A stretch of 47,891 nt of DNA from Paracoccaceae bacterium (GTDB lineage: Bacteria > Pseudomonadota > Alphaproteobacteria > Rhodobacterales > Rhodobacteraceae). Below are positions 20,220 through 29,224 of this stretch, one piece after another. The stretch covers positions 1 to 47,891 of the forward strand of contig SKKS01000294.1 of the NCBI GenBank assembly GCA_007123625.1, in the 5' to 3' direction. The position numbers and the translations under genes are program-made. The notes beneath the pieces were generated by a model. It had not been told where the DNA came from. It was given only the letters and a program-made list of their open reading frames with translations, and did no database searches. Every line of letters begins with the position of its first letter. Positions within the stretch are counted from its first letter, which is position 1.

Positions 20220-22483
20220 GCGCTAACCAATGTTTTCAACCAAACGCGGCAATTGTGCAGATCCTCGCGCGCAACGACGACAAGATGTCTCGTCTGGTCA
20301 AGGGTTACCGGCACTTCACCGCGTAGGTGTTGCGCCAGCGTGCCGCTGCTGGTCATGCCAAGGGTCAGCGCGGCGCCCTTGAAAGTGTGCAGCAGATTGT
20401 CCTGGGTTGCGGTGTCACCCGACTCGACAGCGCTTTGCAGATTCACCTGCAGTTCCTCGATCTCCTGATCAAAGCGTTCGACGAAGCCTTCGACCATCTC
20501 ATACCCCAGCGCGCCGACAAGATCCTGAAGCTGGCTGGTTGCGACCGGACCGTTTTCGACAGCTGCCTCCGGCGGGGGCGCGGTGTCTTCGGGCGGTGCT
20601 GTTTCCGGTTGATGGGGCGGCGCACCCGGCTCCGCGTCTGGCGTTGGCATGAATGGCAGCGGCGTGTCCGGCGCAGGGTCCGCGCGAGCAGGCAGAACGT
20701 CGGCCAGCGCCTGACAGATCGTTGCCTGCGTGACCGGCTTGGGCAGAAACGCGTTCATGCCCGCCGCCAAACAGGCCGCACGGTCCTGGGCAAGCGCGTT
20801 GGCTGTCACCGCAATGATCGGAAGGTCGTGCCCCTGCGCCCGCAAGACGCGCGTTGCCTCGACCCCGTCCATGACCGGCATCTGCATGTCCATGAACACC
20901 GCATCGGCGTGCCCCGTCGCCAGATAGTCCACGGCCTCTTTCCCGTTGCGGGCGCTTGCATGGCTGTGGCCAAGCCGTTCCAGATGGCCCGCCATCACAT
21001 CCAGATTGATGGCGTTGTCTTCGGCAATCAGGATGTGCAAGGGGTCCCTGCGGGCCACCTCTGGCCCGGAGGGTTCCGGCAGATTGGCCGCGCTGGCCGG
21101 AATTTCGAACCAGAAGCAGCTGCCGACCCCTTCGGTGCTGTCGACCCCGATCGTGCCGCCCAAAGCTTCGACGCTGCGTTTGCAGATGGCCAGCCCAAGG
21201 CCGCTGCCGCCATACCTGCGCGCAAACGAGGTGTCGATCTGGCCGAATTCCCTGAACAGATGCGGCAACGCCGAAGCGGCGATGCCAATGCCCTCGTCCG
21301 CGACCTCGACCCTCAGCAGCCCGGGTGCGGGCTGTGTGCCGGTTACGCAAATCTCCCCCTGCGGTGCGAACTTCAAGGCGTTTTCCACAAGCCTTGCAAT
21401 GACTTGGCGGACCAGCGCGGGGTCGGTCATCACGACCGCGGCGGGCATGTCGACTTGCAGCGTCACGCCGTCGGCTTGCGCCTGTGCGCCAAAGGCACGA
21501 CGCAGCACATCGCCAAGCTCCGACAGGCAGACAGGTTCGGCACGCAGTTCGATCGCCCCGCGCTCCAGTTGCGAGAAATTCAGGATTCCGTCGATCACGT
21601 CGCGCAGCAACGTGGCCGATGCCCGGATCGTTTCGACCCGGTCGCGATGCGCGGGCGCCAGCCCGTCCAGCGACATCAACTCGGCGGAACCAATGATTCC
21701 GTTCAGCGGTGTACGCATTTCATGGCTCATGGTCGCCAGAAAAGCCGACTTCGCCTTGCTGGCGGCCTGCGCGCGCACAGCCTTGCGGCGGCTGCGTTCC
21801 TGCAGAAGCTCCATGCGCTGGCTGGCGCGCGCAAGCTGGCGCAGTTGCACCATCAGCAGGACAAAGATCCCGATGAACGCCAGTACGAGGACGACCATCA
21901 TGCGCGCAAGCTGGTCCTGTACGCCGCGGCGCAGCTCCCGATCCTCGACGCGGCGGACATTCATGCCGACGTTGGCGTCCAGAAGCATGCGGTTGGTCAG
22001 CTCGGGATACAGGGAAATCTCGGCATGCAGCATCCTGACTTCGGCCAAGTAATCGGGGCTGGCGGGATCAAGCGCGTCGATCCGGTCCTCCAATCCGAAC
22101 ACAAAAGCAGCCAGGCTCTGGGCCTGCGTGGTCAATGTGCCCTCCTGGCTCAGGTCCAGATGGAACGTCCCGCGCTCCAGAAGTGCCACGCGGCTATAGA
22201 GGATGTCGAAGTGACGCACAAATTCCGGATGGTCGTCGACGCTTCCGGTTTGCGAAATATGCCGCGCGCTCGTTTCCAGCGCGCGCATGTGGCGATCAGC
22301 CTGGAAGATGGCCCATATCGCATCTTCGCGGATGATTGCGTCCATGTCGCGCTCGACATCCAGTAGGCGCATGAACTGGGCCGACGCGCCAAGCATGGCC
22401 AGCGCCGCAACCAGACTCAGGATCATGACCCCGATCCGGTTGCGGCGTCCGGTCACGCCCGAACGAATCGGCCCTGATTTCAA
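20216..22483 (-). CDS. Membrane-bound hybrid sensor kinase: 2 TM/periplasmic domain-HisKA-HATPase-REC-Hpt
   Basis: Two TM segments, FLATMSHEMRTPLNG, ENALKF, GGSGLGLAI, REC VFMDMQMP, Hpt LLHTFKGAA; start could also be GTG at 22456. Confidence 0.9.
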   Translation of the reverse strand: MKSGPIRSGVTGRRNRIGVMILSLVAALAMLGASAQFMRLLDVERDMDAIIREDAIWAIFQADRHMRALETSARHISQTGSVDDHPEFVRHFDILYSRVALLERGTFHLDLSQEGTLTTQAQSLAAFVFGLEDRIDALDPASPDYLAEVRMLHAEISLYPELTNRMLLDANVGMNVRRVEDRELRRGVQDQLARMMVVLVLAFIGIFVLLMVQLRQLARASQRMELLQERSRRKAVRAQAASKAKSAFLATMSHEMRTPLNGIIGSAELMSLDGLAPAHRDRVETIRASATLLRDVIDGILNFSQLERGAIELRAEPVCLSELGDVLRRAFGAQAQADGVTLQVDMPAAVVMTDPALVRQVIARLVENALKFAPQGEICVTGTQPAPGLLRVEVADEGIGIAASALPHLFREFGQIDTSFARRYGGSGLGLAICKRSVEALGGTIGVDSTEGVGSCFWFEIPASAANLPEPSGPEVARRDPLHILIAEDNAINLDVMAGHLERLGHSHASARNGKEAVDYLATGHADAVFMDMQMPVMDGVEATRVLRAQGHDLPIIAVTANALAQDRAACLAAGMNAFLPKPVTQATICQALADVLPARADPAPDTPLPFMPTPDAEPGAPPHQPETAPPEDTAPPPEAAVENGPVATSQLQDLVGALGYEMVEGFVERFDQEIEELQVNLQSAVESGDTATQDNLLHTFKGAALTLGMTSSGTLAQHLRGEVPVTLDQTRHLVVVAREDLHNCRVWLKTLVSA

Positions 22484-22992
22484 GGCAGCACCTCGATCGC
22501 CTTGACCTGCCAGACCGACCTAGAGAAATACATCTCGTTGCTGAGTTCAGGCATCTCGCTGAACGGGTAGATCACGAAAAGCGGGCCCTTGTCGCGCACC
22601 GACATCAGGTTGCCCGCGTGCCGCGACGCAAGGATCACGGGCGTTTCCGCAGCGTCCGACACAGGCATGTCAGCGGCGTAGTCATTCACCGCGACGATCC
22701 GCAGCATGGTGCCTTCGGCACCGACAAGCGCCAGCAGCGACTCCAGCGTGGGTCCCGAGAATTCCTGCGCACCATCGTACCAAGGTGTTTCGGTGACGGT
22801 CTCGCGCTGTTCAAGTGCATCGAGCATGGCAAGATCGAACACCGCCGCACCGTCGGTGTTTTCATGCATTATCGCCCCCTGGATCGTCAGGATAACATCC
22901 CCTTCGGGATGCTCCAGGTGCTCTGCGGCTGCGGTGCCGACCGTCAGGGCCAGCACCATGGAAAGGAAAAAGGGTTTGAAGGGTCCGTTCAT
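22480..22992 (-). CDS. Periplasmic SUOX/molybdopterin-binding-fold protein, PruR-like putative pterin-binding protein
   Basis: Signal peptide, T.TPW...FSGP, A.NDY, MSVRDKGPLFVIYP, SVWQVKAIEV; no Cys, so no Mo ligand; coupled to the downstream kinase. Confidence 0.75.
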   Translation of the reverse strand: MNGPFKPFFLSMVLALTVGTAAAEHLEHPEGDVILTIQGAIMHENTDGAAVFDLAMLDALEQRETVTETPWYDGAQEFSGPTLESLLALVGAEGTMLRIVAVNDYAADMPVSDAAETPVILASRHAGNLMSVRDKGPLFVIYPFSEMPELSNEMYFSRSVWQVKAIEVLP

Positions 22993-23077
22993 TGAGTGTT
23001 TTCCATCAATAGCAAGCGCATCGGCACATGCCATCTCACATTGGCACTGCCTGCGCGCGCAAGCCAGCCACACGATG

Positions 23078-23093
23078 GTTAACCCGTGCTTAA
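23078..23093 (-). promoter_or_regulatory. Full CtrA-binding consensus
   Basis: Minus strand TTAA-GCACGGG-TTAAC (TTAA-N7-TTAAC), about 85 bp upstream of the PruR-like operon. Confidence 0.7.
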
Positions 23094-23160
23094 TCGCAAT
23101 GTCGATTCGAGGCCGATGCAAAGGATTGTCGGTACTTTCCGCCCGGCCCGACAGACTGTG

Positions 23161-23871
23161 CTACCGAAGCGTGCCCTTCTGCAAGGGCCGCAGATCGACG
23201 AGCGCCCCGGCTCCTCCCGCAAGCAGGCTCGCGCGTGCATGCATGCCCTGTGCCCCCGGCGCCAGCACCCCCGGTCCAAGGACCAACGCCGCCGGGCGCT
23301 CCGCCTGATGGCGCACAACCGGGGCAACCGGCGGCGCCGTGTCCTGAATGCCCTCCTGCAACGCAGCCATGTGCTGGTCGACGCGCCGCGCATAGGCCGC
23401 GCCGCGCCCCGGATCAGCCGAATGGTAATACCTGATTGCAACCGACCAATCCCCGTGCTGGTCATGCAGTGTCCGCAGGAAGCGCGCGGCATAGCGCGTG
23501 TTCTGCGCCGGGTCCATCATCGCGGTCAGGTCCGGAAAAGCGTCGGCGTGCCAGTGCCAGTTGATCTGCATGCAGCCCACATCGACATTGTGCACCCCGG
23601 CGGCCAGCAGGTCCTTGAGCGCGGCAAGGGCAGCGTCCTTGTCGGCGTGGTAGCTGCCGCGCCCGCCCTGATTGAGCGTCCAGGGCCAGGCACGAAAGCG
23701 CCCGTCCACGGTCCGGCCCGATTCGACGCGCGCAATCGCACTCAGCACGCCCGGCGGGACCCCTTCGTCCTGGGCCGCGCGTTCGGCCAGCCCCTCGCAA
23801 TCCGGGGCGGCGGCGCTTGTGTCCGCACTGCCGATCAGGACCGCAACCAGCAAACAAAGAAACCTGTTCAT
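23161..23871 (-). CDS. sltF: Flagellar lytic transglycosylase (SltF-like)
   Basis: Signal peptide, AIARVESGR, WPWT, VDVGCMQINW.WH, A..YYHS SLT motifs. Confidence 0.8.
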   Translation of the reverse strand: MNRFLCLLVAVLIGSADTSAAAPDCEGLAERAAQDEGVPPGVLSAIARVESGRTVDGRFRAWPWTLNQGGRGSYHADKDAALAALKDLLAAGVHNVDVGCMQINWHWHADAFPDLTAMMDPAQNTRYAARFLRTLHDQHGDWSVAIRYYHSADPGRGAAYARRVDQHMAALQEGIQDTAPPVAPVVRHQAERPAALVLGPGVLAPGAQGMHARASLLAGGAGALVDLRPLQKGTLR

Positions 23872-23881
23872 GCCGCACCCC

Positions 23882-23897
23882 GGCAAGGGCCGTGCCA
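23882..23897 (-). promoter_or_regulatory. sigma54 promoter of the sltF-like gene
   Basis: TGGCACGGCCCTTGCC; predicted +1 coincides with the ATG at 23871. Confidence 0.7.
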
Positions 23898-24103
23898 TCC
23901 GGCCCATCCTTTCGGCTACGGGCCCGACGAATACGGCGGTTCGCCCATCCGTCAGTGCAATTGCCCGGCAGTCGCATCCGTGGGCATGCTCTGCGCACTC
24001 GATGCCTGCGCACATCGGCGCGATCCGCCGGATCGCTCTGTTGTTCAGGCCTCATAGCGATTCAGGATCCCGGCGCCGGGCGACGACCAAGGAGACCAAG
24101 CGA

Positions 24104-25333
24104 ATGGCAAACGAACTGACTTCGGTGCTGACACACAGCCTGAACAACGCCTGTGCCGCCGCCGCGCAGCTTGTCGATGCCCAGGATGCCAAACTGTATG
24201 TGATGCCGAAATGCGAAACCTGGCGCGCGCTGGAAACCTGCAACGCGCGCATTGCCATCGCCGACTGCTTGCCCCCGCTTGCGGGCAAGGCGATGGCGCT
24301 TCCGGATTTCAGCGTGATCAGCACCCCGCCGCAGGACAGTTTTGCCACCGATCTGGTCGATCTGCATCTGGACCTTCTGTTCGATGCCGACGCGACGGTG
24401 GCACGGCTGACCCTGTCCAGCGTCCCCGGAGGCTGGAAGGCGCGGTCGCGCCAAGGCAGCCTGAACGCCACGGCGCTGGTGATCGCCGGGCAGCTGAAGG
24501 CGCTGCGTCAGACCCCGAAACTGATCGCCACCCAGACACTGAACCTTCTTGAACAGCTTGCCGAACTTGACTCAAGCGTCAACGTGCCGACGCTGGTCGG
24601 CTTCCTGCGGATCATGTGCCAACGGGCGCCCACGCGTTCACAGCTTATTGCGCTGCAGATTGCGGGACTGGTCGACAGCGCCAGCGGCATGTCGCAACTG
24701 CCGCAGTTTGCGCTGACCGAAACCGCGCAGGATGTGCTCGGCAGATCCGGCCTTGGCGGATGGAGCGCCGTGCAACCGGAAATCCCGGCGCAAGTGCCGG
24801 AGGCCGACATCGCGCCCGCTGCCGCGAGCACCGACATTCGCGCATTCGCGCAACTGCGGATCATGGAGCGCGGTTATATCATCGCCGAAGACACCCCCTC
24901 CGAGCGCATGGCCTTCAGGGCCGAGGGCGAAAGTGACTGGCGCTGGCTTTCGCACACAAGCGCCGATGGCTGGACCACGGTTGCCGCCGAGATCATCCAT
25001 CTGGATATCGATGTGGTGGGCGAGTTCATCCGCATGCACATGATCCGGCGCCGCGATCTGCCGACCGAGGAAATCGCCGAAGCCTTCGAGTTGATGGGCC
25101 ACTTGCTATGGTTGCGGCGGTCCATGGACGGGCTGGAAATGCGCCTTCAGGACAGCGCTTGGGAAGGGCTGGACATCTGCCCCGACCTGCCCTTGCGCGA
25201 CCGCGCGGTCGCAGCGTTCCTGACGTTGCAGGCGCAAGAGCGGATCACCCCCGACAGCGCGGCGCGGGACTGGGCCATGCGGATGGCCCACGCCGTGCAG
25301 GTGACGCCACACATCGCCATCGCGGCAGAGTGA
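24104..25333 (+). CDS. Hypothetical protein, 409 aa, no recognised domain
   Basis: AAGGAG RBS, ATG at 24104 (MANELTSV...), natural amino-acid composition. Confidence 0.75.
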   Translation: MANELTSVLTHSLNNACAAAAQLVDAQDAKLYVMPKCETWRALETCNARIAIADCLPPLAGKAMALPDFSVISTPPQDSFATDLVDLHLDLLFDADATVARLTLSSVPGGWKARSRQGSLNATALVIAGQLKALRQTPKLIATQTLNLLEQLAELDSSVNVPTLVGFLRIMCQRAPTRSQLIALQIAGLVDSASGMSQLPQFALTETAQDVLGRSGLGGWSAVQPEIPAQVPEADIAPAAASTDIRAFAQLRIMERGYIIAEDTPSERMAFRAEGESDWRWLSHTSADGWTTVAAEIIHLDIDVVGEFIRMHMIRRRDLPTEEIAEAFELMGHLLWLRRSMDGLEMRLQDSAWEGLDICPDLPLRDRAVAAFLTLQAQERITPDSAARDWAMRMAHAVQVTPHIAIAAE

Positions 25334-25431
25334 GCCTGCAGCCCTGCTGAACATGCCCCGGGTGTGCCGTGCCCTCGGGCACTTGATTTCCTCAAGCGAC
25401 TGCCCGTCCTGCCTTGGGGCCCTTCAGTGCC

Positions 25432-26160
25432 TCAGGTGTTCGGGGTGGTGTCGGCCTCGGCGTCGTCCATCATCCTGCGCAGCCGTTCCATCGCGGCCTT
25501 CTTGATCTGCGACACCCGCCCGGTCGTCACCCCAAGCACGGCCGCCACTTCGTAGACGTTCAGTTCCTCGACATAATAGAGTTGCAGCACCAGTGCCTCG
25601 CGCTCGGGCAGGCGCGTGATCGCTTCTCCGAGCATGCGCTTGCGTGCGTTCAGCGTCATCCGCTCCTCGACGTCCGGGGCCTGGTCGCGGAAAACAATGG
25701 AATGGTCGCTGTAGATGTCGTCGATCGAAGCGACATTCCCGCTGTTGATCTCGGCCCGCCAGCGCGCCAGGTCATCGGGCGACAAGGAAAGTTCGGCGGC
25801 AATTTCGGCGTCGGTGGGTTTGCGCAGCAAGGATTGTTCCAGCCGCTGTTCAGTGGCGCGCAGCCGCGCCTGCATCTTCAGCGCACCGCGCGCGATACCT
25901 GCCAGCCCGCGCAGATGATCCATAAGTGCGCCGCGGATGCGGATGCCCGCATAAGCCGCAAACGGCGTGCCCGCCTTGACCTGGTAGCGCCGTGCGGCGT
26001 CAAGTAGCCCCATATAGGCGACCTGCAACAGGTCATCGATCTCGACCCGTCGGCCAACTCTCCCGTGGATATGCCACGCGATCTTGCGCGCCAGATCATA
26101 GTGCGTCGCAACCAGCCTGTCAGGCGCGGGGACAGACTCAGGATAGGTGCGCGGCAGCAT
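25432..26160 (-). CDS. fliA: Flagellar sigma factor sigma28 FliA
   Basis: DDLLQVAYMGLLDAA, YAGIRIRGALMDHLR, LPEREALVLQLYYVEELN..EVAAVLGVTTGRVSQI. Confidence 0.94.
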   Translation of the reverse strand: MLPRTYPESVPAPDRLVATHYDLARKIAWHIHGRVGRRVEIDDLLQVAYMGLLDAARRYQVKAGTPFAAYAGIRIRGALMDHLRGLAGIARGALKMQARLRATEQRLEQSLLRKPTDAEIAAELSLSPDDLARWRAEINSGNVASIDDIYSDHSIVFRDQAPDVEERMTLNARKRMLGEAITRLPEREALVLQLYYVEELNVYEVAAVLGVTTGRVSQIKKAAMERLRRMMDDAEADTTPNT

Positions 26161-26941
26161 GCAGGGCATCCTTATGTTTCAGGGGGATGGGTGGCGCGTA
26201 ACGGGTCTCTGGGGCGTGCAGGGCATCCGGAAGCCCGGTGCCCTGCGACAAGAGTGCAATCGGCAGGCCAAATCGTTGCGGCAATGCACGGTCTTCAAGC
26301 GTCGGCGGGCAGAGATCTGCGCGGGTCAGCACGATTGCATGGGCCAGAGGCAGAAACCGGGGAGCCAGCCGCTCCTGCATCTGCAGGTGCAACCCGGTGG
26401 GCAGGGCCAGCCAGCACACCGCGCCGGGCAGGGTCAGCAGACCGCGCGCCGCCTCAAGACCACGAGCGCCCATGCCGGACAAGTCGACAATCTGTACCTG
26501 ACCCGGATCGGGGGTCCGCAAGATGACCCGGCGCGCGTCCGGCCACAACGGGGCCGCGACCTCCAGCCCCAGAAGCCGCGCCAGCCCAGGCAGCGGCGAT
26601 GGCGGCGCCAGAATCTCGGGCCGCGGGGCGACCAGGTGCGGCGCGACCAACGGCTTGCGGCGCAAATGCAGCGCGGCCAGTCGCGCCGCCAGCGTCGTTA
26701 CCCCGGCACCCGGCGGCCCGAGCAGCACCAACCGCGTCGGCAGATCCGGCATCGCCGCGGAGGACTCCGGGATCCGGGTGCGGGGCGCCACCGATGGCCC
26801 AGCGTTATCCCGCGCCACGCTGACCTCGACGAACCCTTGCTTCTGCGAGGTCGATACGATCAGCGCGTCGGCCCCGAACCGGCGGGCGACCTCGTCCAGC
26901 GCCGATGCCGCATCCGCGGCGCGTATGTGAATCACCGACAT
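26138..26941 (-). CDS. flhF: Short, degenerate FlhF-like SRP-family GTPase
   Basis: FlhF N-terminus (AADAASALDEV...GADALIVST), GPPGAGVTT, DLSG, TRAD; lies between flhA and fliA. Confidence 0.7.
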   Translation of the reverse strand: MSVIHIRAADAASALDEVARRFGADALIVSTSQKQGFVEVSVARDNAGPSVAPRTRIPESSAAMPDLPTRLVLLGPPGAGVTTLAARLAALHLRRKPLVAPHLVAPRPEILAPPSPLPGLARLLGLEVAAPLWPDARRVILRTPDPGQVQIVDLSGMGARGLEAARGLLTLPGAVCWLALPTGLHLQMQERLAPRFLPLAHAIVLTRADLCPPTLEDRALPQRFGLPIALLSQGTGLPDALHAPETRYAPPIPLKHKDALHAAAHLS

Positions 26942-26944
26942 GGC

Positions 26945-29077
26945 TCAGCCCCCCTTGCGATCCGACGGCGCGGCCAGGGCTTCGGGCAGCTCGATGCTGC
27001 GCGCGATCGCGACACGGCGGGTTTCCGGCAGGTCGCTCAGCCCCAGCACCAGCGCATCCGACAGATGCGGACGCAGGAAGGCGGCAAAGGCGCGGCGCAG
27101 GGTATTGGACACCACAACCAACAGCATCTGTCCCTGTGCCTGGGCGGCGTCCTGTGCGGCCGCGATCTCTTGCAACAGGCGTTGCGCGAAACCGGGGTCA
27201 AGCGTCAGCCCCTCATCCCCCTCACGCCGCGTGCGCAGCAAAAGCTGCTCCAGCGCAGGTGCCAGCGTGACCACGGGCAGGTCCGAGGAAAGGGGTGCAA
27301 TCTGCTGCAGCAGCAAGGGCACCAGCGCCGGGCGCAGGGTCTCGGCCTGCGCGGCGATACTCATGGACATGCCCGAGAACTGCGCCAGCCCTTCAAGAAT
27401 GCGCCGCATGTCCGATACCGGCAGCCGGTCGGCCAGAAGCTGGCGGATCACGGCAGTCAGCACATGCAGCGGCACAAGCTTGGGCACCACCGTCTGCACC
27501 AGCGTCGGCGCGACCCCTGCCAGCGCATCCAGAAGCGCCTGCACATCGTCCGGCCCGACCAGATCGCCCGCGTGGCGCTGCAACACCTGCCCCAGATGGG
27601 TCGCGATCACGGCTTCGGGGTCGACGATGGTGTAGTCGTCGGCCTCGGCCTCGGCGCGCTGATGCGGCTGAAGCCAGATCGCATCAAGCCCGAAGGAAGG
27701 GTCCTTGACCTCGATCCCGGCCAGCTTGCGGCGGGTGTTGTGGCCGGGGATCGCCAGCACGCGGTCTGCATGGGCGCTGTCCTCGGCCACGATCGTCTGG
27801 CCGATGCGCAGCCTGTAGGTATTGGGCGGCAGGGTCAGGTCATCGCGGATGCGGATGCCCGGCACCACGATTCCCAGCGCGCGCGACAACTCCCGCCGCA
27901 TGGCGGTAACGCGCGACACCAGTGCCCCGCCGCTTTCTGCGCTGGCCAGCGGTATCAGGCCATACCCGATCTGCAGCGACACAGGGGCAATGTCGGTGAC
28001 ATCCTCGGGCGCGATGGGCTGCGGGTCCGCCTCGGGCGCGGGGCGCGCGCCAGGGTCCTTGCGTGGCGTTTCAGTGGCGCTTTGCGGATCGGTCGCCGCG
28101 CGCGACCTGCGCTGCGCCAGAACGGCTGCGCCACCAGCAAGCGCGGCGCTGGTCAGGAAGATCAGGTTCGGCATCCCCGGCACCAGCCCGATCATCAGCA
28201 ACACCACCGCCACCGGGCCCCAAGCCTGTGCCAGGTTCATCTGGGCACCGATCTGCCCGCTCATCGAAGTGGCGGTGGAACTGCGGGTGACAATGATCGC
28301 CGCCGCCAGCGACAGCAAAAGCCCCGGCACCTGCGCCACCAACCCGTCGCCTACCGAAAGGCGCGCATAGCTTTCAGCCGCCACCGAGAAGCTCAACCCA
28401 TGCTGCACCATGCCTACGACGATCCCGCCCAGCAGGTTGATCGCCAGAATGATCAGCCCGGCCACGGCATCGCCCTTGACGAATTTCGAAGCCCCGTCCA
28501 TGGAGCCGTAGAAATCGGCCTCGGCGGCGACTTCGGCCCGGCGGGCGCGGGCCTCGTCCGAGGACATCAACCCCGCGTTCAGATCGGCATCGATGGCCAT
28601 CTGCTTGCCGGGCATGGCATCGAGCGTGAAGCGGGCCGAAACTTCGGACACGCGCCCGGCACCCTTGGCGATCACCACCAGATTGATGATCACCAGAATC
28701 GTGAAGACCAGTAGCCCCACGAAGAAATTCCCGCCGATCACGAAATCGGCAAAGGCCTCGATCACATTCCCCGCAGCGCCCGGCCCGGTATGCCCGTCGG
28801 CCAGAACGACGCGGGTGGACGCCACGTTCAGCGCCAGCCGCAAGGTGGTGGCGATCAGCAGGATCGAGGGGAAGCTGGAGAAGTCCAGCGGCCTTTGGGC
28901 GTGGATCGCGACCATCAGGACCAGCAGCGAAAGCACGATGTTGAAAGCGAAGAACACATCCAGCATGGCGACCGGCAGGGGCACGATCATCATTGCCATG
29001 ATGACCAGAATCCCCACTGGAAGCACCACCGCCCCCAGACTGAGCTGCCCACCCTGACCCTGGACAAGCGCACTCAT
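26945..29077 (-). CDS. flhA: Export gate protein FlhA
   Basis: RLALNVASTR, KGAGRVSEVSARFTLDAMPGKQMAIDADLNAG, FYGSMDGASKFVKGDA. Confidence 0.97.
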   Translation of the reverse strand: MSALVQGQGGQLSLGAVVLPVGILVIMAMMIVPLPVAMLDVFFAFNIVLSLLVLMVAIHAQRPLDFSSFPSILLIATTLRLALNVASTRVVLADGHTGPGAAGNVIEAFADFVIGGNFFVGLLVFTILVIINLVVIAKGAGRVSEVSARFTLDAMPGKQMAIDADLNAGLMSSDEARARRAEVAAEADFYGSMDGASKFVKGDAVAGLIILAINLLGGIVVGMVQHGLSFSVAAESYARLSVGDGLVAQVPGLLLSLAAAIIVTRSSTATSMSGQIGAQMNLAQAWGPVAVVLLMIGLVPGMPNLIFLTSAALAGGAAVLAQRRSRAATDPQSATETPRKDPGARPAPEADPQPIAPEDVTDIAPVSLQIGYGLIPLASAESGGALVSRVTAMRRELSRALGIVVPGIRIRDDLTLPPNTYRLRIGQTIVAEDSAHADRVLAIPGHNTRRKLAGIEVKDPSFGLDAIWLQPHQRAEAEADDYTIVDPEAVIATHLGQVLQRHAGDLVGPDDVQALLDALAGVAPTLVQTVVPKLVPLHVLTAVIRQLLADRLPVSDMRRILEGLAQFSGMSMSIAAQAETLRPALVPLLLQQIAPLSSDLPVVTLAPALEQLLLRTRREGDEGLTLDPGFAQRLLQEIAAAQDAAQAQGQMLLVVVSNTLRRAFAAFLRPHLSDALVLGLSDLPETRRVAIARSIELPEALAAPSDRKGG

Positions 29078-29170
29078 GCGCGGCACGCAAGGTCACGAAG
29101 GATGGAATCTTTCGGCGCGTCGACAAAGGACATGCGGGACCCTTCCGGCATCAACTCTCTGCCCACTGCC

Positions 29171-29186
29171 TGCAAATCCTGTGCCA
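29171..29186 (-). promoter_or_regulatory. sigma54 promoter of flhA-flhF-fliA
   Basis: TGGCACAGGATTTGCA. Confidence 0.85.
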
Positions 29187-29224
29187 GTCCCGGCCCGCAC
29201 CTGTCCGTCGTTGCCCTCCGGGAC

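Noticed and set aside
22480-22992. Active molybdoenzyme (MsrP/sulfite oxidase)
   Set aside because: Too short, no Mo-ligating Cys, no Tat signal, no partner cytochrome
23042-23056. Plus-strand TGGCACTGCCTGCGC, sigma54-like
   Set aside because: Lacks the TT of the -12 box and points at no sense gene
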